Below the pieces are notes generated by a model. The model had not been told where the DNA came from. It did no database searches and saw nothing but the letters and a program-made list of their open reading frames with translations. This document shows positions 25,565-38,539 of a stretch of 64,000 nt of DNA, in pieces. Both the position numbers and the translations under genes were made by a program. The stretch is from Eledone cirrhosa (lineage: Eukaryota): the NCBI GenBank assembly GCA_964016885.1, contig OZ024761.1, positions 7,564,001 through 7,628,000 on the forward strand, given 5' to 3'. How positions within the stretch are numbered: position 1 is the first letter of the stretch; each line of letters opens with the position of its first letter.

Positions 25565-27744
25565 CAAGTCTGAACACAAAGGAACCAAACTCCCACTGTC
25601 ACTGCTTCCCACTCTCCCCATCTCTCATCCTTATGGGGTAGGTAAAATAAAGTACCAGTAATGCACTGGGTAATTGCTGGCCTTTTGCCAAAAAGTAGAA
25701 ACAATTATTTTGAGCAAATAGCGGTGGATTGGCAGTATCAGTAGAGGGTCGACGCCATGGTTTTCAGCAAAGAGTTACGGCCCTTTATGATCTGAGTTCA
25801 AATCCTGTTGAGGTTAACTTTGCCTTTCATCCTTACGGGGTCGATAAAATAAAGTACCAGTAATACACTGGGGTAATTGCTGGCCTTGTGCCAAATATAG
25901 AAACAATTATTATGAGCAAATAGGGGCCCCGCATGCTGGTCGCCCCATGGCCATGGCCGACAGAATAGAGAGGGCGTTTCCCCAGATGATGGTGAGGGAT
26001 ATGCCCTGGAAGAGCCATCCCAGCTCGTGAGACTCACACCTGCAGGTAGCCAACTCTGTGCCGATGGTGATGAGTAGGAAGGTGGCCCTAGAGCCAAGGA
26101 CACCAGAAATCTCCACTGATACGAGCTCGACCACAAACCTATCAGAGAGCGACCAATTAGGTATCCAACAACATTGATACAAATTTATTGGCAGAGTCAG
26201 AAGTTGATGGAAACCGCGGAGAGGGGAGACCCAAGATGACCTGGGATGAGGTGATAAAAGCCGACCTTACCCAATTACACCTCTCAAAGACAATGACACA
26301 CGACCGTGACTTCTGGCGTCACGCAGTAATACAGAGTACCCGACCAGCCATGGGTACAAGCTGAAGCATATAGACAATATGCCCCTTACACCCCCCCACT
26401 GCAAGGTGGTCGTGGAGGTGCCACGGAAAAAAAAGCACCCAGCCCACACTGTAAAGTGGACGTGTAGGCGCCACGAAAAAAGTACCCAGCACTCACTGTA
26501 AATGAGGTTGGTGTTAGGAAGGGCATCCAGCTGTAGAAACCAAGCCAAATCAGTTCCTGAATGAGCAAGGCATGGTCAGCCGACCAGACACTGCCCACAA
26601 CAGGACAACCCGTCTAACCCATGCTAGCGTGGAAGAACGGACGTAAAACGGTGATGATGATGAGTCAGATCTGGCCACCAGTAAAATCAAACTGAATTAA
26701 AATGCAGGGAAATGAAGATTGAGAGTCAAAGAATTAAAGTAAATGTTAAGAAGACATCATATTTAACCCTTTAGTATTTACATTACTCTATATATACTAT
26801 TGTGTCTTTGTGGTAAAGGCTTTATCTTACATAATTATCTCACATAATATCGAATCTATGATATTTTGATGTTATTTATTTAGAGAACAATACCTTAACA
26901 TTAGTATGAGCGGCCAGTTACAGCCGGTTTGAACAGAAAGAGTACAAAACTACACTATAACTGTATTAAAGTCTTTACTGTAATACTGCAAATTTTCCCA
27001 ACAATCTGTCTACCAATAAAGATACTATAAATATTTGAATTAACAAACCTCATGAAACCATATCAGGAAGAGATTCTTGAAAAGTACAAAACAACACTAT
27101 GACTACATCACATTAAATATTGAAATCTTTATTCAAATAGTTTGACTACCTCATACTACTCTCTCTACATTTGCTGCCTGCATGAATGTATGTGTGTGTA
27201 AGGGATGGTGAAAAAAACCATGCTGCGTGTGAGTGTATGTTTGTGTAAATCTATGTGTGTGTGTTTGTGTGAATGTATGTGTGCGTGTTTGTGTAAATGT
27301 ATGTTTGTATGAATGTCTGTGTTTGTGTGAATGTATGTCTGAGTGTGTATTTTTGTAAGTGTGTCTGTGTTTCATCATCATCATCATCATCATTTTACGT
27401 CCGCTTTTCCACGTTGCTCCAGTTTACTAAGCTGTAGAAATGAGATGATAGGGACTGGGGTCCCTATCATTCCACTGCAAAGTGGTCGTGGAGGTGCCAC
27501 GGCAAAAAAGCACCCAGCACTCACTGTAAATGAGGTTGGTGTTAGGAAGGGCATCCAGCTGTAGAAATCAAGCCAGAATCAGTTCCCGTCCCACCCTTGC
27601 AAGCAGGGAAAAGTGGACGTAAAATGAAATGATGAAATGAAATTTTCCCTGCTTGCAAGGGTTGGATGGGTCCTTATTCAGCACAGCATCTCTCCACTTG
27701 TCACGGTCCTTCGTCATCTCTTCCGTGTGTTTATATTTATATAT

Positions 27745-29550
27745 TCATACATATAAATGTATGCATATGCACATACACATATGCACACACACATATGCAC
27801 ATACACATCTAGATACACATATGCACATACACATATGTACACACATATGCACATACACATATGTACACACATATGCACATACACATATGCACAAACATAT
27901 GCACATACACATGTACACACATATGCACATACACATATGTACACACATATGCACATACACATACACATATGTACATACATATGTACATACACATGCACAC
28001 ACATATGCACACACACATATGCACATACACATATGTACACACATATGCACAAACATATGTACATACATATGTACATACACATGCACACACATATGCACAT
28101 ACACATATGTAAACACATATGCACATACACACATATGCACATACACATATGTACATACACATATGCACAAACATATGCACATACACATATGTATGCACAT
28201 ACACATGCGCACACACATATGTACATACACATATGCACACACACATATGTACAAACATATGCACACACACATATGCACATACACATATGCACATACACAT
28301 ATGTACACACATATGCACATACACATATGTACACACATATGCACAAACATATGCACATACACATATGTACACACATATGCACATACACATGCACACACAC
28401 ATATGTACATACACATATGCACAAACATATGCACACACACATGCACATACACATATGTACAAACATATGCACATACACATATGCACATACACATATGCAC
28501 ATACACATATGTACACACATATGCACATACACATATGTACACACATATGCACAAACATATGCACATACACATATGTACACACATATGCACATACACATGC
28601 GCACACACATATGTACATACACATATGCACAAACATATGCACACACACATGCACATACACATATGTACAAACATATGCACATACACATATGCACATACAC
28701 ATATGTACACACATATGCACATACACATATGTACACACATATGCACAAACATATGCACATACACATATGTACACACATATGCACATACACATGCGCACAC
28801 ACATATGTACATACACATATGCACAAACATATGCACACACATGCACATACACATATGTACAAACATATGCACATACACATATGCACATACACATATGTAC
28901 ACACATATGCACATACACATATGTACACACATATGCACAAACATATGCACATACACATATGTACACACATATGCACATACACATGCGCACACACATATGT
29001 ACATACACATATGCACAAACATATGCACACACATGCACATACACATATGTACAAACATATGCACATACACATATGCACATACACATATGTACACACATAT
29101 GCACATACACATATGTACACACATATGCACAAACATATGCACATACACATATGTACACACATATGCACATACACATGCGCACACACATATGTACATACAC
29201 ATATGCACAAACATATGCACACACACATGCACATACACATATGCACATACACATATGGACATACACATATGCACATACACATATGCACATACACATATGT
29301 ACATACACATATGCACATACACATATGTACATACACATATGCACATACACATATGTACATACACATATGCACAAACATATGCACACACACATGCACATAC
29401 ACATATGTACATACACATATGCACATACACATATGCACATACACATATGCACATACACATATGCACATACACATATGTACACACATATGCACATACACAT
29501 ATGTACATACACATATGCACATACACATATGTACATACATATGCACATAT
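27745..29550. repeat. CA/TA-rich 12-14 bp simple satellite (CACATATGCACATA) with higher-order repeats
   Basis: Direct reading; source of the spurious 500-660 aa ORFs. Confidence 0.97.
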
Positions 29551-29636
29551 GCGTCTGCGTATGGAAACAAATTCTTGTCCTCATATATATTACACCAACT
29601 TTTTACATCTATTTCCAGTGTTAGACAACATAGACA

Positions 29637-29756
29637 ATGGCCGCTAGCTGCAGAAGTACTTGTTCTTGTGATGCAGGCATCGTTGAAGAAGATCTCGTTG
29701 ATTTAGAAGATTCTGCTGAAACTCACAGTAGTAGTAATAGTAGTAGCAGTAGCAGC

Positions 29757-29796
<40 letters not shown>

Positions 29797-29839
29797 GTAA
29801 CAGTAGTGGCAGCAGTAGTAGCAGTTATGACAAATCAAT
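29637..29839 (+). CDS. ERICH6: ERICH6-like coding exon 1 (start codon, poly-Ser)
   Basis: Acceptor TTTCCAG at 29618, in-frame upstream TAG, ACAATGG start context, GTGAGT donor at 29840; phase 2 matches next exon. Confidence 0.65.
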
Positions 29840-29841
29840 GT

Positions 29842-30250
<409 letters not shown>

Positions 30251-31587
30251 TTTATTTCTGGAGGGTTGTTGGCGCAGGGCCCTCTGACACACCTTTCAGT
30301 AGGCCCTGTCAGAAATAAATGTCACCAATTGATCCGGTTGAGATCCCCAAGTGAGACCAACCAAGCTTCTTCTTCCTGACTGGGGGGCCAAAGGGTCAGA
30401 TTCGTCAGACACACCTTCCAGAAGTTCTTATTGGGAGCAACCATCTCAGGGTCATGTGTGTCATCCAACCATCTTGCTCGGGGTGGGTCTACTTCTGGGT
30501 TTTCTGCTGCTCGTTGGCTTTGCCCCATAAAATCTGTCCAGTGATTCTTTCTTGAGACTTTTTAACCACATGGAGGCACATGGCTTAGTGGTTAGAGCAT
30601 TGGCCTTGCAATTGAAAGGTTGTGAGTTCAATTCTCAGACCGGGTGATGTGTTGTTTCCTTGAGCAAGACACTTTATTTCACATTGCTCCAGTTTACTCA
30701 GCTGTAGAAATGAGATGATAGGGGCAGGGGTCCCTATCATTCCACTGCAAAGTGGTGGTGGAGGCGCCACGGCAAAAAAGCACCCAACACTCACTGTAAA
30801 TGAGGTTGGTGTTAGGAAGGGCATCCAGCTGTAGAAATCAAGCCAGAATCAGTTCCCGTCCCACCCTTGCAAGCAGGGAAAAGCAGACGTAAAATGATGA
30901 TGATGATGATGATGCCCGTAGTATCAGAGCTGTGATCTCTCAATTCGGAGAAGTAGTGGCTCTAGCTGGAGCAACTCTCTGATCTCCAAGCTACACATTG
31001 TATCGAATAACGTTACTCCAGTTATGAAATTAATGTTTCATGTTTAAACCTTGGTTGGTCTTGCTTGGGGACCCAGCCGAAACATTGGAGGTGAGGGTTG
31101 CTTTTGTCAGGACCCTGTGGAAGATGTGTCAGAAATCCAGAACCCTCTGAAGAAGAAAAAGGAGGAGGAAGGGATTGAAGAAGTTGTTGTAAGGGGAGAA
31201 CAAACAATGGTTATGTTTAAACACTGCTTTTAGTTTCCTTTTGAAGTTGAGATGGTGACAGTGATAAAGATGATGACGGCGATGATTGTGATGTTAATGG
31301 TGATGGTGATGGATGATAATGACAGTGATGGTGTTGGTGTTGGCATTGAAGAGGATGAGGTGTAGGTGTTGGCCATGGTGACGGTGTAGGTATTGAAGAT
31401 GGTGATGGTGGTGATGGTGGTGATGATAATGATGATGATGCTGATGATGGTATTGACATTGAAAATGATGATGGTGTGATGATGATGACAGTGGTGGTGA
31501 TGATGGTGATGGTGATGGTTGTGATGACGATGATGTGGATGATGATGATGGTAGCTTATAATTGCAATTGATCTCTCACTTCAACAG

Positions 31588-31706
31588 CAGTCCGACACCA
31601 GGAAGGCCACTGGAAGGAGAAGAAGAAGAAGACCAGGAAGACTACCTGGATCGGAAAGAATCTGGTTCCGCAATGAAGGAGAAAATTCCGGAACCTGATC
31701 AACAAA
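31588..31706 (+). CDS. ERICH6: ERICH6-like coding exon 2 (Glu-rich)
   Basis: SPTPGRPLEGEEEEDQEDYLDRKES...; CAGCAG acceptor, GTAATC donor; phases fit. Confidence 0.72.
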
Positions 31707-31834
31707 GTAATCTTTCACTCTTTCACTCTTTCACTCTTTCACTCTTTCACTCTTTCATTTTCTTACTCTTTCACCCTTTACTGCCAATAAAAAATGAAAT
31801 ATATATATATATATATCATCATCATCATCATCAT

Positions 31835-32552
31835 CGTTTAACGTCCATCTTCCACACTAGCATGGGTTTGGACGGGAATTTTCCCACTTGAGGCAAGATT
31901 GGTTGTCTTGCTCGTATAGGACTGTCTGGCGGGTTTTCTACGGCTGGATGCCCTTCCTAACACCAACCACGTTTACAGTGTGGACTGGGAGGTTTTTACT
32001 GTGTTACCTACACGACCACATTACAGCGTGGACTGTCTGTGTTTTTTTGTCGTGACACCTACACGACCTCATTTATTTAGGACTGGATGTTGTGGTACCA
32101 ACATAACTTTACATCGAAAGGGGTGGGGGTAGTGGGACGGGCGTGTATTTTTGTTAGAGGTGCCTACTGACTGTAGGTTTCGCTATGTACTTAGGCAAGG
32201 CGAGTCTTCTGTATTACTGTGTAGCGCCAAAGATCTCGGTCCAGTGACATTGTCTTGGAGAGGTGAAAGTGTGTGAGGTCGGAATTTATCAAGTCATCCC
32301 AGGTTTTTCTGGGTCTGCCTACTCCATGGCTACCGTCTATTTTTATTGCCCTGCACTTTTTTATACAGCTGTCGTCTTTCATGAGCATCACGTGACCGTA
32401 CCAACGTAGTCTTCTCTCGAGTAAACAACATCTGATCCCTCTTATTCCTAATTTCTCTCTTAGTTCGCTTATGCTTTGCCGTTCACGTATATTACTATTA
32501 CACATCCCGCGGAGCATGCAAGCTTCGTTCCTCTCCAGTCAGCGTATATCCT
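31835..32552 (-). mobile_element. RTE LINE 3' fragment
   Basis: ORF 32191-32517 nearly identical to other RTE copies, plus 3' UTR. Confidence 0.9.
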
Positions 32553-33871
32553 CATATAAACATATCATCATCATCATCCTCGTTTTATGTCCGCTTTTCC
32601 CTACTTGCAAGGGTTGGACGGGTCCTATTCAGCACAGCATATCTCCATTTGTCACAGTCCTTCATCATCTCGGTGAGTTTCAGCAATCTGGGGTCTGCTC
32701 TCACCACCTCCACCCATGTTTTTCATGGTATACCTCTACTGCATCTTCCTTCTACTGGGATTTCTTGGCACTTCTTTACCCAGCAGTCATCCTCCATGCT
32801 GCATGGTAGTGAGACATGGACAGCAACTGTGAAGGATATGCGACGGCTGGAGAGAAATGAAGCAAGCATGTTCCGTTGGATGTACAATGTTTAATGTCAA
32901 CGACCAAGCATGGCTGAGTTGAGAGAGAAACTGTGTATAAGAGGGATAAATTTTAGTGTGCGGGAGAGAAGACTGCGTTGGTATGGAGGATGACCGCTGG
33001 GTAAAGAAGTGCCAAGAAATCCCAGTAGAAGGAAGACCACAAAAAACATAGGTGGAGGTGGTTAGAGCTGATCTCATATCACTGAAGCTCACAGAGGAGA
33101 TGACGAATGGGGAGATGCTGTGCTGAATAGGACCCGTCCCACCCTTGCAAGCAGGGAAAAGCGGTTGAGGGCAGAGTAAGAAGTGTAAGTTATAGGGAGC
33201 TGAGATGGAGAAGCTAGAATATAATAAAATACAACAAACAAGATAAAACTTTTTTAACCCTTTAGCATTTACATTACTCTATATATACTATTGTATTTTC
33301 ACTGCAAAGGCTTTACTTCACATAATATCTCACATAACATTTACATTACTCTATATATACTATTGTATTTTCACTGCAAAGGCTTTACTTCACATAATAT
33401 CTCACATAACATTTACATTACTCTATATATACTATTGTATTTTCACTGCAAAGGCTTTACCTCACATAATATCTCACATAACATTTACATTACTCTATAT
33501 ATACTATAGTATTTTCATGGTAAAGGCTTTATCTCACATAATATCGACTCTATGATATTTTGATATTATTTATTATGAGAACACTACCTTAACATAAGTA
33601 TGAGTAGCTGGTTATAGCCAGTTTGAACAGAAAGTGGTGAGAGAATTCTGGCCGGCTTAAATATTAAAGGTAGAGGTGTAGAAAGAGTTAATGTTAGAAT
33701 TAAAAATAGAATTAGGGTTAGGGTTGGAGTTAGAATTAAGGTTAAGGTTAAAATTAAAATTAGAATTAGGGTTAGAGTTAGAGTTATAATTAGGATTCGG
33801 GTTAGTGGTTTGGTATCAGATAGGATAAATACAATACCATATTCTGACTTGTTGTTGTTGTTATTTTCCAG

Positions 33872-33927
33872 GAAGGAACTTTCAATGTGAAATGAACGAA
33901 TCATTTAGCACAAAAATATCTACAGAG
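33872..33927 (+). CDS. ERICH6: ERICH6-like coding exon 3
   Basis: TTTTCCAG acceptor, GAG|GTAAAC donor; 56 nt bridges phase 1 to phase 0 (RNFQCEMNESFSTKISTE). Confidence 0.65.
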
Positions 33928-34187
33928 GTAAACATTACTTTACTGTTCTACTAAACTATCCTGTGATAGGCACCTCGTGTAAGATGTGACTCTTCACCAC
34001 ACAGGTTGGTCTTCGAACTGAGAGAGGCTAGAATGAGTGTACTTCATTAGAAATATGGACTTGAAAGGGTTAAAACAATTTCCAATCAATACATTTGTCA
34101 ATTATCTGGGAATATATTTATTGACCTGTTTTTTTTTTTTATTTCATTATATTAATCTTTCGTTTGTTTATTTGTAATTTTATTCAG

Positions 34188-34280
34188 TGTTCTGAAATGA
34201 AAAGCTGTAGTTGTGCAGTTATGGTTTCTCAACAAACAACTCCACCACTTCCGCAGGTGACTCTGCCACAAATTTTACAG
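34188..34280 (+). CDS. ERICH6: ERICH6-like coding exon 4
   Basis: CSEMKS...TLPQILQ; TTCAG acceptor, CAG|GTAAAT donor, phase 0/0. Confidence 0.72.
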
Positions 34281-34821
34281 GTAAATAAGCAAGCACGCCC
34301 AACTCTCAAAAAAAACAAAAAAAAACATGTACAGTGTACCCCTGGCATTCACGTTCCTGGTTATTTGCAGAATTTTCCTTAGAACCTAACTAATAATTGT
34401 TCGTGGAAACCACCGCATATTTGCGGAATCATAAATGTCTTCCGCCATCTTTTTATGGCTTTTTCGTGGCAATATATATTTTCCCGCTTTTTAGCACTAA
34501 ATTATTAACAACAATAAACCGTATTTGCCGGCCAATATTCTACGTTATGTTTTGATATTTATAGACATTTTTATGGACCACGTCCAATATTCACAGGTTT
34601 TCATTCTAGGAATGTAACCCCCGTGAATACTGGGGGACAACTCTATACTCAAATATAAGCCGAGGAATATGTGATAAAAAAATGGATAGTAGAAGGGAGT
34701 GTTGGTTAATATTCTGGGTGAATATTTTGATGATTTTCACCTACTTTAAATTCTTCATAAATAAGTCTTATTTGTGAGACACAAAATAGTGGGGTCAGCT
34801 TATATTTGTATCAGCTTATGT

Positions 34822-34862
<41 letters not shown>

Positions 34863-35640
34863 AAATTATTGTGTACAGTGCTCAGGTGCACTACAACTCA
34901 TCAAAGGTGCATGTATAGTACATAGAATAATGTACAAATGTCAGGAAAGTGGACAGTGTATGAGTCATGATATATACACAGGTTCACACACCATAGGTAT
35001 ATACAGCGTTACATAGATAGCTGGAGAGCAGCTGACAAAGGTCTTACTGAGTGATGCTAAGACACCCTCGGCCTTCTTGACAATTTTAGAGATATGCTTT
35101 GTCCAACGCAAATCGCTGCTGACAGTAATGCCCAGGTCACGTTCACAAGACTTCTTGAGATTGGTATTGTGGAAGGAGTATGTGAACGCTGGGTTTTTCC
35201 TCGCAAAATGCATGGTGGTACACTTGTCCACAGTCAGCTTGAGTTGCCAGTCCGTAATCCATTGCAGCATTGTGTCCAGGTCTAGTTGAAAATAATTTCT
35301 GACAGAGGTTAGAAAGTTCACTTCACAACTAAATAATTTCAGGTTTTCTGCCATTGTGAAGCACCTAGGACAGCTGTTTTGTTTTCTACTATAGCCATGG
35401 GTCTAACACTACCTTGAGAGTGGGTTTGGTAGACAAAAACCAATATTAAACTGAGACTGGGAGGAGGGACAAATTCTCAAACGGCAGACCTGGCCTGAGT
35501 ACTTGCAGCAGAGTGGACCCCACTAAAGACACCCCTGGAGATAGATTGGAGTGTTAAACAAGGTGACAGATTGTCTATGACCCAGCTATGTGTATCATTC
35601 AGTTTGTTCAGTTTAGAATTGGCATCTCTATCTTTTGCAG

Positions 35641-35966
35641 TACAAGAGGGAATCTGAAGAAGTCGAGCTATCTCTGGCTGGTACCGATTCCACAGAGAAT
35701 GATCCACCAATACCAAAAGGCATTTGCTATTTCTGTAAACAACCAATCAAACCTCTGCTATCTCTAGAAGAACAATCAGTATTGAGACCCGAAGAAATCT
35801 ATTGCTGTGAATCGTATCAGGAATTCCTTCATATGGTGCTTTTGACCGAAATTGAAGAGGCGGCATTGAAGCTGAAGAATAAAGTGGCAGATGAGAAACC
35901 CGACATAGACATCAAGAAATTAAAGAAAGGAAAAGGGCCGATCCCTGATAATACAGAGATAAGACT
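35641..35966 (+). CDS. ERICH6: ERICH6-like coding exon 5 (CxxC...CC motif)
   Basis: YKRESEEVEL...GICYFCKQPIKP...IYCCESYQEF...; TTTTGCAG acceptor, GTGAGT donor. Confidence 0.88.
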
Positions 35967-37644
35967 GTGAGTAGATGTGTCTAAATGTTTCACTAGCTTC
36001 TGGAAAGAGAAGAGATGAGGGAGGGGCAACACCCATCAGGATTTTGGGCAGTATCATCATTTGCTTTAACTAGAATGTAAACAAATCTTATCTACACCAA
36101 ACTCACACTATCCATGAACTCAACCACACACTATATTCCTTGATTCAAACTCAACCCACCATTCACATATCACATCAGTCAAAAATTATATTGAAACACA
36201 TACTTAGTGGAGGCACATGGCTTAGTGGTTAGAGCATTGACCTTCCAATCGTAAGGTTGTGAGTTCAATTCTCGGACCGGGTGATGTGTTGTTTCCTTGA
36301 GCAAGACACTTTATTTCACATTGCTCCAGTTTACTCAGCTGTAGAAATGAGATGATAGGGACTGGGGTCCCTATCATTTTACTACAAAGTGGCCGTGGAG
36401 GTGCCACGGCAAAAAAGCACCCAGCCCACACTGTAAAGTGGACGTGTAGGCGCCACGAAAAAGCACCCAGCCCACACTGTAAAGTGGATGTGGAGGTGCC
36501 ACAACAAAAAAGCACCCAGCACTCACTGTAAATGAGGTTGGTGTTAGGAAGGGCATCCAGCTATAGAAATCAAGCCAGAATCAGTTCCCGTCCCACCCTT
36601 GCAAGCAGGGAAAAAGCGGACGTAAAATGAAATGAATACTTGAAAGCCATAACCCAGCCCTCTCAGTAAAACAATCAACTAACCTGCTCTAATTACTGGT
36701 ATGGGGTGATGGACATAATCAGACTGCAGCTGTCAGATTATATAGTTTCTATCTTACTCTGCGCAGGGAATACAACCCATTACAAAATTAGTCTAGTACT
36801 CACACCTGCAGTGACTACAACCCCATTATGTAAGTGGTAAAGGGTATGTATCATCCTGAAACTCCTGATAGAGTCGTAGGGGTGCCATATTGACATACTG
36901 CATCTCTTGGGCATTTTAAGCCTGGCAGAGCCCCTCCCTCTCCAGGCCTGAATACAGCAGATTTCTTCCAGAGAAAGATAGAAAGTGAGAGAGAGGAAAT
37001 GAGAAAGAGATATAGAGGAAGAATTGACCCCAGTACTAAACTGGTACTTTTTTTATCGACCTCGAAAAGATGAAAGGCAAAGTTGAGCTCAGCAGGATTT
37101 GAACTCAAAGAGCAGATAGCCAGAACGAATACCACAAAGCATTCTATCCGATGTTATAATGACTCTGCCAATTTGCCGTTTAATAGTAATTAGTACAACT
37201 ACCAGAAACTACCCACAACCTACACCCCCAAGAAACCTGATTTCGAATACAGACACAAACCCCGAAGCAAATCACCATCATCACCATCATTATTTTACGT
37301 CCACGTTTCCCTGCTTGCAAGGGTTGGACGGGTCCTATTCAGCACAGCTTCTCTCCACTTGTCACAGTCCTTCGTCATCTCCTCTGTGAACATCAGCGAT
37401 CTGAGGTCTTCTCTTACCACCTCCACTCATGCTTTTCATGGTCTTCCTCTACTGCGTCTTCCTTCCACTGGGATTACTTAACTACTTAACTGTACACTTA
37501 ACTCACAGAACCTGAACTGTCTCAATTGAAACCCTGCAATCTTCCATTTATTTAATTTAAACACGACTGCATTCCTACTGAAATACATTCTGTTTTAATT
37601 AATTAAAGAAGAATTTTGAGGGATTTACTAAAATTATTCATTAT

Positions 37645-37835
37645 TTCGTGGATTGGCAGTATCGGTAGAGGGTCGGACGCCATGCTTTCCAGCATAGTTA
37701 CGCCCCTTTACGATCTGAGTTCAAATCCCGCCGAGGTTAACTTTGCCTTTCATCCTTACGGGGTCGATAAAATAAAGTACCAGTAATGCACTGGGTAATT
37801 GCTGGCCTTGTGCCTAAAAGTAGAAACAATTATTT
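37645..37835 (+). mobile_element. Second tRNA-like SINE family (copies ~11660-11845 minus, 25640-25915, 37020-37175 minus, 45770-45960, 51632-52055 tandem, 56212-56325, 63393-63580)
   Basis: GGATTGGCAGTATCGGTAGA...GAGTTCAAATCC head and conserved GCCTTTCATCCTTACGGGGTCGATAAAATAAAGTACCAG block (resembles the Meta/MESC SINE domain). Confidence 0.82.
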
Positions 37836-38539
37836 CATTACTAAGATAGTAACTTAATGTAAGTTCCTTATATAAAATTATGTTCAAAGATTTTAATTTA
37901 ATCCTTTAGCATTTAAACCGACCATATCCAGCTATCCTCTAACCACTTATTGTTCAAACCGGCCATAACTGGCTGCTCATACTGATGTTAAGGTATTGTT
38001 TTCAAAATAAATAATATCAAAATCTCATAGATTCGATATTATGTGAGATAATTATGTGAGGTAAAGCCTTTACCATGAAAATAAATAGTATATATAGAGT
38101 AATGTAAATGATAAAGGGTTAAATAGGAACCCTTTATTTCAATTAATTAATGAAGAATGTTGAGGGATTTACTAAAATTATTAATTATTTTGTTACTAAG
38201 ATTGTAACTTAATGTAAGGTCCTTATACAAAATTATGTTGGAAAATTTTAGTTTAAATTGGAACCCCTTAAAATGGGTGGTTTTATTTCATAGAACCAGA
38301 GCCAGTTTTGGCCAGGTAGGTATTTAAAGGGTTAAGGAACCGTTTGAATAAATGTCAGACAACTGTGAGGAAAAAAAGTTCAGTGAGTGACTATGTAGAA
38401 GTTCCCACATTGGACTGGTGGGTTTTGGGTTGCATTGTTTTGTTATAGTAGTCCTTATTAGGTAAGGTAAAGGGCCCTGAACACCCACTGGAGTCCTAGG
38501 GACACCGTCCTGATACATGGCGTGTCTTGGGCATTTTAA

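Noticed and set aside
27653-29706. 500-660 aa His/Thr/Cys/Val-rich ORFs on both strands
   Set aside because: Translations of a stop-poor CA/TA satellite; open in nearly all frames
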